Shown piece by piece: positions 13,951 to 24,820 of a stretch of 42,435 nucleotides of DNA (its first letter is position 1; each line of letters starts with the position of its first letter). The notes under the pieces are model-generated. The model was not told the DNA's origin and searched no databases. It saw only the letters and a program-made list of their open reading frames with translations. Made by a program: the position numbers and the translations under genes. The DNA is taken from NCBI GenBank assembly GCA_049700655.1, contig JBNAUV010000002.1, positions 1 to 42,435 on the forward strand, written 5' to 3'. Origin of the DNA: Minisyncoccales bacterium (GTDB lineage: Bacteria > Patescibacteriota > Minisyncoccia > Minisyncoccales > RBG-13-42-11).

Positions 13951-15006
13951 ATGATTAATGTTGAAGATTTTAAAAAAGAATATAATGAACTATTGTCTCA
14001 ACTCAGCGACCCTGAGTTGATTTCTGATTGGGAGAAATTTGAAAAATTAAATAAAAGAAAGGGTATTTTAGAAAAGATTATGGAAAAAAACACGGAAATT
14101 GAAGAAATAAAGAAGAAAATTGAAGCTAATAAACAAATTTTAAAATCGCCCGACGATTTAGAACTAATTTCTCTGGCTGAAACAGAGATAGCTCAATTAA
14201 ATGAAAAATTAAAAATATTAGAAAAACAACTCCAAGATTTAATTTCAGAAAAAAACAAAAAAACTGATCAAGAAGCGCCTATAAAGGCCGTAATTGTGGA
14301 AATTCGGCCCGGCGCGGGCGGCGAAGAGGCCGCGCTTTTTGCCAGCGATTTATTTAGAGCATATTCAAAATACGCCCAAAAGAAAGGTTGGCAACAAAAA
14401 ATTTTAAATTTCCAACCCACTGATTTGGGCGGCATTAAAGAAATCAGTTTTGAACTAAAAAACAGCGATGTCTGGCCCTACTTTAAATATGAAGCTGGCG
14501 TGCATCGTGTCCAACGAATCCCCAAAACAGAAAAGGCTGGTCGTATTCACACCTCAACTGTTTCGGTAGTTGTTTTACCCAAGCCACAAAAGGGCAAAAT
14601 CGTTATTAATCAAAACGATTTAAAAATTGACACTTATAAGTCCTCTGGTCCGGGCGGCCAATATGTTAATAAAAGAATGTCGGCGGTTAGAATTACACAT
14701 TTGCCAACCGGCTTGGTGGTTACTTCGCAAACCGAAAGAAATTTACAGCAAAACAAAGAAAACGCTCTAAGTATATTGGAAGCCAAACTTTTAGAAAAAC
14801 AAAAATTAGAAGAAAGCGCTAAAATCAGCGCCACTAAACGTTCGCAAATTGGCCGCGGTCAAAGAGCAGAAAAAATCAGAACTTATAACTTTCCGCAAAA
14901 TCGGATTACTGACCATCGCATAAAAAAAACCTTCCATAATATTGAGGAAATTATGGAAGGCAATTTAGATTCGCTTATTACCCAATTACAAAAATCACTC
15001 GTCTAA
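13951..15006 (+). CDS. prfA: Peptide chain release factor 1
   Basis: PxT tripeptide context (RVQRIPKTEKAGRIHTST) and GGQ motif (SGPGGQYVNK). Confidence 0.9.
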   Translation: MINVEDFKKEYNELLSQLSDPELISDWEKFEKLNKRKGILEKIMEKNTEIEEIKKKIEANKQILKSPDDLELISLAETEIAQLNEKLKILEKQLQDLISEKNKKTDQEAPIKAVIVEIRPGAGGEEAALFASDLFRAYSKYAQKKGWQQKILNFQPTDLGGIKEISFELKNSDVWPYFKYEAGVHRVQRIPKTEKAGRIHTSTVSVVVLPKPQKGKIVINQNDLKIDTYKSSGPGGQYVNKRMSAVRITHLPTGLVVTSQTERNLQQNKENALSILEAKLLEKQKLEESAKISATKRSQIGRGQRAEKIRTYNFPQNRITDHRIKKTFHNIEEIMEGNLDSLITQLQKSLV

Positions 15007-15008
15007 TT

Positions 15009-16373
15009 TTAGATACCCTGATTAATCCAAAATTGCCATTGATCGGCTTTTTTTATTACTTCACTTCTATACCACTCGCCGCCCGCCCGTTTACAACTGC
15101 TTGTCATGGTTGTCGTGCCGCATAAATAAGCAGTAACCGCGCCAATTTCATCTTGTCTTTTTTGACTGGTGGCTCCTCGGTCAGCCAAATATAAAGCGGC
15201 TGCCAAAAAAGCATCGCGCGCCAACCACGGATTCGCTGGTTTAACGCCAGTAATACTCTCCACTCTTTCTTTATAACCTCCATAAAGCCAAGTATTGGGC
15301 ATAAATTGAGCCGGACCCATAGCGCCGCCCATTTGAACCGAACCGCCCCCAACATAACAAGAAACTGGCGTGGTGTTGGGATTTAATCCCAACTCTTGAG
15401 TAATGGTTAAAAAAGCACTCCATTGTTTACTGCTCATTACTTCTTTATAACTTAATTCTGGATGACGACAAATCGCTATACTACCACAATTACATTGTCC
15501 CACATTGGCGCCCAAAGCTGATTCAACTTCAATCAACCCCAAAATTAAAGCTGGTCGAACTCCCCCAGCGCTTTTGCCAGCCCAATTCGCTAATTCATAC
15601 AATTCTTTTCTTGTCTTCGGCACTTCCAATCCCGGCAAGGTTAATTCTAAAATTCTAGACATAATTTCTTGCGCCCGCTTCTCCAATTCTTTTTTCTCGG
15701 CAACATATTGCTGATATTGCGCCTCAGTCATCTTTAATAATTCTTCTTGTTCTTTTCTAACTGCCTCATTTTCTTTTTTTTGCAGAGTCTGAATTTTAAC
15801 TATATTTTCTAAATCACTTTTTTCGCTGTCTAATAAATCTTTCTGTTCTTCCAATGTCTTTTTGAGATTTTTAATCTCATTCAAAAATTCTTGGCTTTTT
15901 AGGTTTAATGTTTCCAAAGCCATTAAATTATCAAAAAAATCAGACAATGTCTCGCTGGAAAGCAATACCTCAATTAATGATTTTTGATCTTCTTCATAAA
16001 TTGTTTGCAAAATAGTGCTTAGTTTCTTTTTTAAATCTTCAATCTTTAATGAAGTTTTATTAATTGATTCCTCTGTATCTTTAATCTGTAAACCAAGATC
16101 TTTAATAATTAAATTACTTTTTTTAATTTGCAAATCTAACTCATTGATTTTGTTTCTTAAACTGGAAATTTTGGCCTTTAAACTTTGCTTTTGCGCTTCG
16201 GTTTTGGTAATATCTTGTTCATATTGTTTAATTTTTTCTTCTAATTCTTTTAATTCCTGCTCTAACTGCGCCCGTTCTTCTTCTGGTGAAAGTTGAGCCA
16301 AAATTAAAAAATTGGGCAAAAGCAAGCCCAATATTAAACTAAAGAATAAAATTATTTTGACCAAGCGATTCAT
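15009..16373 (-). CDS. Coiled-coil protein with C-terminal lytic transglycosylase-like domain
   Basis: Signal/TM, roughly 230 aa of heptad-rich Glu/Lys/Leu sequence, then LGLIEVESALG ... GAMGPAQFMPNTW, typical of SLT/MltB-type transglycosylases. Confidence 0.6.
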   Translation of the reverse strand: MNRLVKIILFFSLILGLLLPNFLILAQLSPEEERAQLEQELKELEEKIKQYEQDITKTEAQKQSLKAKISSLRNKINELDLQIKKSNLIIKDLGLQIKDTEESINKTSLKIEDLKKKLSTILQTIYEEDQKSLIEVLLSSETLSDFFDNLMALETLNLKSQEFLNEIKNLKKTLEEQKDLLDSEKSDLENIVKIQTLQKKENEAVRKEQEELLKMTEAQYQQYVAEKKELEKRAQEIMSRILELTLPGLEVPKTRKELYELANWAGKSAGGVRPALILGLIEVESALGANVGQCNCGSIAICRHPELSYKEVMSSKQWSAFLTITQELGLNPNTTPVSCYVGGGSVQMGGAMGPAQFMPNTWLYGGYKERVESITGVKPANPWLARDAFLAAALYLADRGATSQKRQDEIGAVTAYLCGTTTMTSSCKRAGGEWYRSEVIKKADQWQFWINQGI

Positions 16374-16383
16374 GCTATTAAAA

Positions 16384-17076
16384 TTATTCTTTTTTCTCTT
16401 CTTTCATCTCTTCTTCAGTTATTTTTTCTTCCTTTTTCTCCTCGCCCACCTTTTCTACTTCTTCAATTTTCTCTTCAACCGGTTTAGCTAATTCTTCCTC
16501 GACTTTTTGCGGTTGAGAAACAAAAACCACTATTTCATTGGGCTCTTTCAAAATTTTCACTCCGGCTGGTATATTTAAATCTTTAATAAAAATATGGTCG
16601 GTAAATGTTTTTAAACTATTGATCTCCACTTTAATTTCATGAGGCAGATTTTGTGGCAAGGCACGGATGTTCAATTGATGGATATTCTTTACCAGGGTAC
16701 CGCCTAATTCTTTCACTGCTGGCGCTTCACCTTCAAAGATAAGCGGCACAGCGACTGTAATTTCTTCGTCTAATCTCGGCTGATAAAAATCAATATGAAT
16801 TGGCTTCTGGGAAAGACTATCAATTTCTACAGCGTGAATTAAAACTAAATATTCTTTTTCTTTGGCGTTGTCCTCTTTGATTTTTAAGTTAATTAACGAA
16901 CTCTCGCCAACTTGCTGATAAATTTTTTCAAATTCTTTTAAGTCAACCGTTAAAAAAATATTATTTTTAATCTTTGGTCCATACAAAACCGCGGGAATTA
17001 ATCCTTTTTCCCTTAATGATTTCACTTTTTTGCCAGTAACTTTTCTAATTTGAGCTGCCAAATTTAATCTCAACAT
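16384..17076 (-). CDS. rplY: 50S ribosomal protein L25 / Ctc family
   Basis: RKVTGKKVKSLREKGLIPAVLYG... and an acidic C-terminal tail. Confidence 0.8.
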   Translation of the reverse strand: MLRLNLAAQIRKVTGKKVKSLREKGLIPAVLYGPKIKNNIFLTVDLKEFEKIYQQVGESSLINLKIKEDNAKEKEYLVLIHAVEIDSLSQKPIHIDFYQPRLDEEITVAVPLIFEGEAPAVKELGGTLVKNIHQLNIRALPQNLPHEIKVEINSLKTFTDHIFIKDLNIPAGVKILKEPNEIVVFVSQPQKVEEELAKPVEEKIEEVEKVGEEKKEEKITEEEMKEEKKE

Positions 17077-17082
17077 AGCGCT

Positions 17083-17110
17083 ATTATAATCTATTTAAAA
17101 AAGATTTCAA
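17083..17110 (-). promoter_or_regulatory. Candidate promoter TTGAAA-16-TATAAT, 6 nt upstream of the rplY ATG
   Basis: Minus strand reads ttgaaa tcttttttaaatagat tataat agcgct ATG. The -35 element overlaps the stop of the upstream aldolase gene. Confidence 0.5.
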
Positions 17111-17853
17111 GAGAAAATAATTTTTTTTATCTGTTGAGTAATTTTTAGAGGGTCTTTACTTTGCCAAACATTACGGCCCACTGCCACGCCTATAGCGCCG
17201 GCGGCCATTACACTTTCAACAATCTTTAAAAATTTCTCTGGTTTGGTTTTAGGCCCGCCGGACAAAACCACTTTTGTTTTGCCAGCCGCTTCAACTGCTT
17301 TTTGAAAAGATTTTTGTGAACCGCAGTATTTTATCTTCACAATATCAGCGCCCAATTCCAAACCGATGCGCGCCGCATAAGCCGTAATTTCTGGGCTAGC
17401 ATCATTTTTTATCGCTTTGCCTCGCGGATACATCCAGCCAATAACTGGCAATCCGGATCGGTGCGCCTCTTCCTCTATTTGGCCAAATTCTTTAAACATC
17501 TCTGACTCGTACTCGCTGCCCAGATAAACTGTATAACCAACTGCTTGGGCGCCTAATTGAATTGCTTCTTTAACTGAACAAATTTGCCGCGAGATTGGCT
17601 CGCCGCTAACTAATTTTGTTTTGCCGTTTAATTTTAAAATTAAGGCGATTTTATTCCGATAAGCTGCGTAATATTTTTCTGCCACTCCTTTCTGTAAAAC
17701 CACAGCATTATAACCGCCTCTCACAGCCAAATCTAAAATATATTCTGGATTTATGCTTTTGCCAGTTAAATCAACTGGTCCATGTTCAATACCATGATCA
17801 TAAGCCAAATACATTGCTTTGCCCTGGGTGGTAATTTTTGATAAATCAATCAT
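17107..17853 (-). CDS. Class I fructose-bisphosphate aldolase family protein (DhnA/FbaB-type)
   Basis: LAYDHGIEHGP near the N-terminus, ADIVKIKY (Schiff-base Lys context) and GVAVGRNVWQ. Confidence 0.7.
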   Translation of the reverse strand: MIDLSKITTQGKAMYLAYDHGIEHGPVDLTGKSINPEYILDLAVRGGYNAVVLQKGVAEKYYAAYRNKIALILKLNGKTKLVSGEPISRQICSVKEAIQLGAQAVGYTVYLGSEYESEMFKEFGQIEEEAHRSGLPVIGWMYPRGKAIKNDASPEITAYAARIGLELGADIVKIKYCGSQKSFQKAVEAAGKTKVVLSGGPKTKPEKFLKIVESVMAAGAIGVAVGRNVWQSKDPLKITQQIKKIIFS

Positions 17854-18830
17854 AATTTTTTAATTTTTACTTTAACCTTGGGCCATTTTTGATTCTTTTT
17901 TAATAAGCCATTTTTAGCGCCAATTTCTTGTAAACAGGCTGATGAATTGGCTATACCCAGCTGAATCGCGTAAGGAATGTGGCCTTGGGATTGAATAAAC
18001 CCGCTTAAAAATCCTGAATTAAAAGCATCGCCTGCTCCAGTCCGATCAACTACTTTGCTTTTTGGTGGCACGGCCTGATAAAGATATTGACCATCTGACA
18101 CCACCACGCCAGCCGGACCTTTAGTCATTATGGCGATCCCGGGACAGATTTCATCAATTTTTTTAAAAATTTTTTCCTCTTGAAAATAGGAGATATTGGT
18201 TAATAAAGAGGCCTCTTCTTGATTTAAAGCCAAAATATCAATTTTTTTTAATATTCTTTCCAGGACTCTTTTGGGCAAGGCAAGTTGACTATTCCCTGGA
18301 TTAACCATTATCTTAATTTTATTTTTTTGGGCAAAATCAACTAAAAATTCAAATAAACGGCAAAGTTTTCCAGAAAGCGGCGCCAAATAAAACCATTTTG
18401 CTTTCAGTTTAGACCAAGGAATAGCTTTTTTGGCTAATTCCTCAGAAGCGCCTCGATAAACTAAAATTGTTCTTTCTTGACCATCGCTGGTTAAAACAAC
18501 CGAAAGATTGGTTGGTTTTTTTCTCGTTTTCAAAACAAATTGTGATTCAATTTTATGCCTTTTTAAATCTCTAATCACTTCTTCACCCGCTGGGTCGTTG
18601 CCCACTATACCGCAATAAGCAGTTCTAAACCTCTGGTTGGCAAAGGTAGCGGCTGTGTTTGTTCCGCCACCGCCTGTTGAAAAATAAATGTTTTTAATTT
18701 CAATTTTTGAACCCAAGGAAAGATAAAGGCCCTTGCCTGTAATAAATTTTTTTTCGCCAACTATCTTAAAAGTTTTTGATTGCAGAAAAATATCTCGGGT
18801 GGCTGAACCAAAAGTAATAATATCAAGCAT
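17850..18830 (-). CDS. PfkB-family carbohydrate kinase
   Basis: N-terminal GGGGTN region and C-terminal DRTGAGDAFNSGFLSG signature. A 4-nt ATGA overlap links it to the downstream aldolase gene. Confidence 0.75.
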   Translation of the reverse strand: MLDIITFGSATRDIFLQSKTFKIVGEKKFITGKGLYLSLGSKIEIKNIYFSTGGGGTNTAATFANQRFRTAYCGIVGNDPAGEEVIRDLKRHKIESQFVLKTRKKPTNLSVVLTSDGQERTILVYRGASEELAKKAIPWSKLKAKWFYLAPLSGKLCRLFEFLVDFAQKNKIKIMVNPGNSQLALPKRVLERILKKIDILALNQEEASLLTNISYFQEEKIFKKIDEICPGIAIMTKGPAGVVVSDGQYLYQAVPPKSKVVDRTGAGDAFNSGFLSGFIQSQGHIPYAIQLGIANSSACLQEIGAKNGLLKKNQKWPKVKVKIKKL

Positions 18831-18844
18831 TTAATTTAAAAATT

Positions 18845-21232
18845 TTATTTGTTTTTTCGTGACATCAATAAAATGGTTTTCATCACAGTGTCAGGATTTA
18901 AAGAAATCGATTCAATGCCGGCCCTGGCTAAAAAATCAGCAAATTCTGGAAAATCAGAAGGCGCTTGACCGCAAATACCGCAGTATTTTTTTCTTTTTCG
19001 GCAAAAGACAATTACTTGCTTAATCATTTCTTTAACCGCTTGATTTCTTTCATCTCCCAAATAAGCAATTTTGGCATTGTCCCGATCCATTCCCAAAACC
19101 AATTGAGTCAAATCATTAGAGCCAATGCTCATACCATCAAAGATATTCAAAAACTGATTGGCCAAAATCACATTCACTGGAATTTCGCACATTACATAAA
19201 TCTTTAAATCTCGCAAACCAAATTTTTTAATTAAGGCGACAACTTGTTGACCTTCGGCAACCGTTCGACAAAAAGGCACCATCACCGCGATATTTTTAAG
19301 ACCAAAAACATCGCGACAGCGTTTAATGGCTTGGCACTCTAAAGCAAAAGCTGGTTGATACTTCGGATCGTGATAGCGCGAAGCGCCACGCCAACCCAAC
19401 ATAGGATTAGCTTCTTCCGGCTCAAATAACTCTCCGGCAATTAAAGCCCGGTATTCGTTTGTTTTAAAATCAGAAAATCTAACAATGACTGGTTTCGGAT
19501 AAAAGGCGGCGGCAATCTGCGCTATGCCCTCGGCCAATTCTTTAACAAAATGCTCTTTTTTATCTTTGTGCTCAACTGTAATTTCATCAATTTGTTTGAT
19601 AATTTCTCTTAATTTTCTGTCTTTTTTGCTTTGAATTTTAAGTTTCTGGTAATGGCACAAAGCCAAGGGATGAACTCGAATTTTTTCTGCTAAAATAAAT
19701 TCAATCCGAGCCAAACCAACTCCGTCAACTGGCAAAAATGAGGTTTGAAAAGCAATATCGGGCGCGCCAATATTGACCATTATTTTTGTTTTCAATTTGG
19801 GAATTTTCTTTAAATCATAAGTCTTTACCATAAATGGCAATTTGCCCTCAAAAATTCTTCCTTCCGAACCAGAGGTGCAATCAACCGTAACCTCCAGCCC
19901 ATTTTGCAAAATCTTTGTCCCTTTTTCCGTGCCAACAATGGCTGGAATGCCTAACTCACGACCAATAATAGCCGCATGACAAGTTTTTCCTCCTTCATCA
20001 GTAATAATAGCCGAAGCAATTCTCATAATCGGCACCCAATCAGGATCAGTCATTTTGGTTACCAAAACTTCTCCCTCGCGGAATTCGCTGATTTTAGAAA
20101 TATCTTCAATAATATGCACCTGGCCTTGGCCAATTTTATTGCCAATGGCAATACCGGTTAAAATTGGCGTTTTTTTGGTTTTAATTTGATATTCTTTGTA
20201 AACTTTTACTTTTTTAGCCGCATGAACTGTTTCGGGCCGCGATTGAACAATAAATAACTGACCAGTTTGCCCATCTTTAGCCCATTCAATATCTTGCGGA
20301 TAGTTATAGTGTTTCTCAATAATCACTGCCCACTTGGCCAGGGTTAAAATTTCCTCATCAGTTAAAGAAAATTTAAGTTGATCTTTTAGCGGAACATCTA
20401 CTTCTTTTACTCCGCCCTGTTTATTATAAATATATTTTTTAGTTTTCCGTCCTAAATCCTTTCTGATAATGGCCGGGCAGCCCTTTTCTAAGGTTGGTTT
20501 AAAAACCAAAAACTCATCAGGCGTAACTCGGCCCTTGACAATCATTTCGCCCAAACCAAAAACGCTATTAATCACTACGATATTGGGAAAACCGGTTTCT
20601 GTGTCTAAAGTAAAAATTATGCCGGCTGAACCAATATCAGAACGCACCATTTTCATTACCCCAACTGAAAGAGCAAATTTTAATTGATCTATTTTATGCT
20701 TATCGCGATAAGCAATGGCTCGATCAGTAAAAGTTGACATAATACATTTTTTAATTGCTTCCAATAAATTTTTTTCTCCGCGAATGTTCAAATAAGTTTC
20801 AAATTGCCCAGCAAATGAAGTGGTGGGCGAATCCTCAGCCACCCCTGAAGTCCGAATGGCCACATCTGGATTTTTTCCATATATTTTAGCCAATCGCTGA
20901 TAAGCATTTAAAATTTCTTCTTTTAAGTCCAGCGGAAAAACGGCGCGGCTAATGGCTTGGCGACACTGTTGGCCGGTCTCTTGAATACTTTTGATATCTT
21001 GAGGATTAAAATTCTGAAAAATTTGTCTTAAAGTTTGATTTAAGCCATTGGCTTTTAAAAAATGCCAATAGGCCTGGGTTGTCAAAGCAAAGCCATTTGG
21101 CACTCTCACTCCTTGACGGCCCAATTTGGAATACATTTCTCCCAAAGAAGCATTTTTCCCGCCAACCAAAGGAATATCTTTTTTTGATATTTCTTTAAAC
21201 CAAAGAATAAATTTTTGCGATTTATTAGTCAT
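18845..21232 (-). CDS. ppsA: Phosphoenolpyruvate synthase (pyruvate, water dikinase)
   Basis: VGGKNASLGEM ATP-grasp N-terminus, phospho-His segment TDEGGKTCHAAIIGRELGIPAIVG, and C-terminal PEP-utilising TIM barrel (SIGSNDLTQL). Confidence 0.9.
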   Translation of the reverse strand: MTNKSQKFILWFKEISKKDIPLVGGKNASLGEMYSKLGRQGVRVPNGFALTTQAYWHFLKANGLNQTLRQIFQNFNPQDIKSIQETGQQCRQAISRAVFPLDLKEEILNAYQRLAKIYGKNPDVAIRTSGVAEDSPTTSFAGQFETYLNIRGEKNLLEAIKKCIMSTFTDRAIAYRDKHKIDQLKFALSVGVMKMVRSDIGSAGIIFTLDTETGFPNIVVINSVFGLGEMIVKGRVTPDEFLVFKPTLEKGCPAIIRKDLGRKTKKYIYNKQGGVKEVDVPLKDQLKFSLTDEEILTLAKWAVIIEKHYNYPQDIEWAKDGQTGQLFIVQSRPETVHAAKKVKVYKEYQIKTKKTPILTGIAIGNKIGQGQVHIIEDISKISEFREGEVLVTKMTDPDWVPIMRIASAIITDEGGKTCHAAIIGRELGIPAIVGTEKGTKILQNGLEVTVDCTSGSEGRIFEGKLPFMVKTYDLKKIPKLKTKIMVNIGAPDIAFQTSFLPVDGVGLARIEFILAEKIRVHPLALCHYQKLKIQSKKDRKLREIIKQIDEITVEHKDKKEHFVKELAEGIAQIAAAFYPKPVIVRFSDFKTNEYRALIAGELFEPEEANPMLGWRGASRYHDPKYQPAFALECQAIKRCRDVFGLKNIAVMVPFCRTVAEGQQVVALIKKFGLRDLKIYVMCEIPVNVILANQFLNIFDGMSIGSNDLTQLVLGMDRDNAKIAYLGDERNQAVKEMIKQVIVFCRKRKKYCGICGQAPSDFPEFADFLARAGIESISLNPDTVMKTILLMSRKNK

Positions 21233-21243
21233 AATTTTGTTTT

Positions 21244-21735
21244 TTATTTTTTATTCTCTTCCCTTTTAATGGCTTCTTGAATCATCTTTTCTGCTGTCGC
21301 TCGATCGGCAAACTCTTTTAATTTTACCCATTTATTAGGCTCTAGTTTTTTGTAATTATCAAAAAACTCCTTAATCTCCAATTGCCAATGTTCTGATAGG
21401 TCATTGATGTCTTTTAATTGTTTTAGTCGGGGATCAATTTTCTCGGTTGGCCGGGCTAAAATTTTATGATCAATCCCCTCTTCATCTTCCATAATCAAAA
21501 TACCAATTGGTTCAGCCTCCACCACGCAACCGGGAAAAGTGGGAAATGAAGAAATCAAAACGCAATCCAAAGGATCGCCATCTTCACCGCGGGTGTTCAA
21601 AATAAACCCATATTCAAAAGGAAAATACATTGGCCCGTAAAGAGTCCGGTCTAATTTTATTTTTTGCAATTCTTCGTCAAATTCAAATTTCTGTTTGGAG
21701 TATTTTGGGATTTCAATAAAAATTTTGATTTTCAT
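21244..21735 (-). CDS. ppa: Inorganic pyrophosphatase (family I)
   Basis: EIPKYSKQKFEFD..., YGFILNTRGEDGDPLDCVLIS, DHKILA. Confidence 0.85.
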   Translation of the reverse strand: MKIKIFIEIPKYSKQKFEFDEELQKIKLDRTLYGPMYFPFEYGFILNTRGEDGDPLDCVLISSFPTFPGCVVEAEPIGILIMEDEEGIDHKILARPTEKIDPRLKQLKDINDLSEHWQLEIKEFFDNYKKLEPNKWVKLKEFADRATAEKMIQEAIKREENKK

Positions 21736-21756
21736 ATTTTTTAAATTTTATTTATT

Positions 21757-23688
21757 TTAAGACCTTGGTAAAATTTCTTTTATTTTATCAACACTTTCCG
21801 GATTTGCCAAAGTTGACAAATCACCCAAATCTTCTTTGGTGAGCAATTTCTTTAAAATCCGACGCATAATCTTGCCTGATCTGGTTTTGGGCAAATCTTC
21901 AACTAAATAAATTTCTTTGGGCAAAGCAATAGGACCAATCTCTTTTTTAATTAAATTAATAACTGACTGCTTGATAATGGCTAGTTCTTTTTCCTCGCCT
22001 TTATAAACCACAAAAATAACCGGCACTTCTCCTTTAATTTCATCTGGTATGCCAATAGCCGCGCACTCAGTAATATCAGGATGCAAATTAACCGCTGCCT
22101 CCAACTCGCCAGTGGCTAACCGATGACCAGCCACCTTAATCACATCATCAACTCGACCAGTAATTCTAATTAAACCATTTTTATCTCTTAAAGCGCCATC
22201 TGAAGTAAAATAAATTTGATCGCCATACTGGCTCCAATAGGTTTCCAAATATTTGGTTGGATTTTGATAAATGCCGCGAAACATACCCGGTGAAAATGGC
22301 GGCAAAATCACCAAATTGCCAATTTCGTCGCTGGCGCAAGATTTGCCTTCATTGTCTAAAATATCAACCTTAATGCCCGGCAAAGGCAATCCAGTATAGG
22401 CTGGCCGGAAAGGGCCCAAACCGGGTAAAGAAGTGATTAGAATGCCGCCCGTTTCTGTCTGCCACCAAGTATCAACAATTGGACAACGTTCCTGGCCAAT
22501 TTCGCGGGAATACCATTGCCAAGCTGACTGATCAATTGGTTCACCCACCGAACCCAATAAACGCAAAGTTTTAAATTGATTTTTTTGTAAAACCGCTGCG
22601 CTATATTTTTCAAACATTCGAATAGCTGTCGGCGCAGTGTAAAAAATTGTTACTTTGTGTTTCTCAATAATTTGAGCCCAACGATTTGGCGTTGGCCAAT
22701 CCGGCGCTCCTTCAAACATTAACGTAGTAATGCCATTTAATAGAGGTGAATAAATAGTATAGGTATGCCCGGTAATCCAGCCAGGATCTGAGGTACACCA
22801 AAGAATATCATTATCGCGAAAATCAAAAATCCATTTGCCAGTAATTTTTGCTTGGACCATATAACCACCGCAAATATGAACGCAACCTTTTGGTTTGCCG
22901 GTTGAACCAGAAGTATAGAGAATAAAGAAAATATCTTCCGCATCCATTATCTCCGGCTCCAATTCTGATTTTTCATTTTTTACCAATTCTTCATAATCAA
23001 AATCTCGGGACTTATCCCAACTAATTGGATTTTTTGCTCTTTTTACCACCACAATTTTTTCTATGTTAGTGTCTTTAACCGCCTCATCAGCATTTTGTTT
23101 TAAATTAACAATTTGTCCGCGACGATAATAACCATCAGCTGTAATTAAAATTTTCGCCCCTGTATCTTGTAAACGCAGTTGTAAGGCGTGCGGAGAAAAA
23201 GCGGAAAAAACCACACTATGAACCGCGCCCAGACGAGCGCAGGCCAACATCGCCACCACAATCTCAGGAATCACTGGCAAATAAATACCCACTCTATCTC
23301 CCTTTTTCACCCCCAGCTTCTTTAAAGCATTGGCCAACTTATTCACCATGGTGAATAATTCGTCGTAGGTATAAGTTTTAAACTTCTCGGTGGTGGGTTC
23401 GGGTTCCCAAATTAAAGCAATTTTATTTTTAATTTTTTCCCAGCCCAAAGTATTTTTTTCAAAAATATTAGAAGTAATATTCAATTTGCCGCCAATAAAC
23501 CATTGAAAATAGGGCGGCTTGTGTTCAAAAACTTTTCCCCATTTCTTTTCCCAATATAACTGCGCGGCTAAATCTTCCCAGAATTTAATTGGATCAGCTG
23601 AGGCTAATTGATAAATTTTTTCATCATTAATTACTGCTCTTTTTTTAAAATCCTCATTTGGATAATAATATTCGCCTATTTGACGCAT
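21757..23688 (-). CDS. acs: Acetyl-CoA synthetase (AMP-forming)
   Basis: YTSGSTGKPKG AMP-binding motif, WWQTETGG, and C-terminal LPKTRSGKIMRR. Confidence 0.9.
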   Translation of the reverse strand: MRQIGEYYYPNEDFKKRAVINDEKIYQLASADPIKFWEDLAAQLYWEKKWGKVFEHKPPYFQWFIGGKLNITSNIFEKNTLGWEKIKNKIALIWEPEPTTEKFKTYTYDELFTMVNKLANALKKLGVKKGDRVGIYLPVIPEIVVAMLACARLGAVHSVVFSAFSPHALQLRLQDTGAKILITADGYYRRGQIVNLKQNADEAVKDTNIEKIVVVKRAKNPISWDKSRDFDYEELVKNEKSELEPEIMDAEDIFFILYTSGSTGKPKGCVHICGGYMVQAKITGKWIFDFRDNDILWCTSDPGWITGHTYTIYSPLLNGITTLMFEGAPDWPTPNRWAQIIEKHKVTIFYTAPTAIRMFEKYSAAVLQKNQFKTLRLLGSVGEPIDQSAWQWYSREIGQERCPIVDTWWQTETGGILITSLPGLGPFRPAYTGLPLPGIKVDILDNEGKSCASDEIGNLVILPPFSPGMFRGIYQNPTKYLETYWSQYGDQIYFTSDGALRDKNGLIRITGRVDDVIKVAGHRLATGELEAAVNLHPDITECAAIGIPDEIKGEVPVIFVVYKGEEKELAIIKQSVINLIKKEIGPIALPKEIYLVEDLPKTRSGKIMRRILKKLLTKEDLGDLSTLANPESVDKIKEILPRS

Positions 23689-23743
23689 AATTAAATAACA
23701 TAATTAATAATTACAATTAAACCTTTAATTTATTATACCTTAA

Positions 23744-23772
23744 CAAAAAAATGGGACAAGCTTTTGTCCCAT
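23744..23772 (-). terminator. Intrinsic terminator after gap
   Basis: ATGGGACAA-(4-nt loop)-TTGTCCCAT flanked by an A-run and a T-run. It could act in both directions. Confidence 0.7.
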
Positions 23773-23791
23773 TTTTCATCATAATCACATC

Positions 23792-24808
23792 TTATTTCTT
23801 TAATTTTTTACCTATTAAATCAGCAAATTCAGCCAAACGGCAAGAATAAGCATATTCATTATCATACCAGGCCAAAACCTTAACAAAATCATGCTTCACC
23901 ATGGTCAAACTAGCGTCAAGAACAGCAGAAAAAGTAGTACCGATAAAATCAGAGGAAACCAATGGTTCTTCCTCAACTTTCAAGATATTTTTTAGTTGAT
24001 CTTTGGCTGCTTTTTTAAAAGTATTATTTACTTCTTCAACTGAAGTTTTTTTCTCAACCTGACAAATTAAATCAACAATAGAAACTGTAGGCACAGGCAC
24101 CCGCAAGGCAACCCCATCCATTTTACCCTCTAATTCAGGGATTACCTTGCCGATGGCTCGCGCCGCGCCCGTGCTGGTTGGAATAATGTTAAAAGCAGCG
24201 GCGCGCGCCCGCCTCAAATCTTTATGGGCCAAATCTAAAATTCTTTGATCATTAGTGTAAGCATGGCAGGTTGTCATAAACCCTTTGATAATTCCAAAAT
24301 TATCCTGAAGAACCTTAGCCACTGGCGCCAAACAATTGGTTGTGCAAGAAGCCATGTCAACAATATCATATTTGCTTAAATCCAATTTATCTTCATTCAC
24401 GCCAATCACATAAGAAGGAATTTTGTCCGGATCTTTGCTCGGCGCTGAAATAATAACTTTTTGCGCGCCGGCTGTTAAATGTTGCTTAGCGCCTTCATAA
24501 TCAGTAAAAACGCCGCTTGATTCAATTACCACAGCCACACCTAATTCTTTCCAAGGTAAATTAGCCGGATTTTTTTCAGCAAAAACTTTAATTTTTTTAT
24601 CGCCGATAACTAAAGAATCAGCAGTGGCTTCCACTGGTTTGGGATATTTACCATAAATTGAATCGTATTTCAAAAGATGGGCTAAAATTTTTGGTTCGGT
24701 CAAATCATTAATCGCTACCACCTCCAAGCCCGGATGATGTTCTAAAATCCGACGAAGGGTGGGACGACCAATGCGACCAAAACCATTAATAGCTATTTTA
24801 ATTGACAT
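23792..24808 (-). CDS. gap: Glyceraldehyde-3-phosphate dehydrogenase, type I
   Basis: INGFGRIGR, ASCTTNCLAP (catalytic Cys), WYDNEYAYS. Confidence 0.95.
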   Translation of the reverse strand: MSIKIAINGFGRIGRPTLRRILEHHPGLEVVAINDLTEPKILAHLLKYDSIYGKYPKPVEATADSLVIGDKKIKVFAEKNPANLPWKELGVAVVIESSGVFTDYEGAKQHLTAGAQKVIISAPSKDPDKIPSYVIGVNEDKLDLSKYDIVDMASCTTNCLAPVAKVLQDNFGIIKGFMTTCHAYTNDQRILDLAHKDLRRARAAAFNIIPTSTGAARAIGKVIPELEGKMDGVALRVPVPTVSIVDLICQVEKKTSVEEVNNTFKKAAKDQLKNILKVEEEPLVSSDFIGTTFSAVLDASLTMVKHDFVKVLAWYDNEYAYSCRLAEFADLIGKKLKK

Positions 24809-24820
24809 AATTTTTAAAAA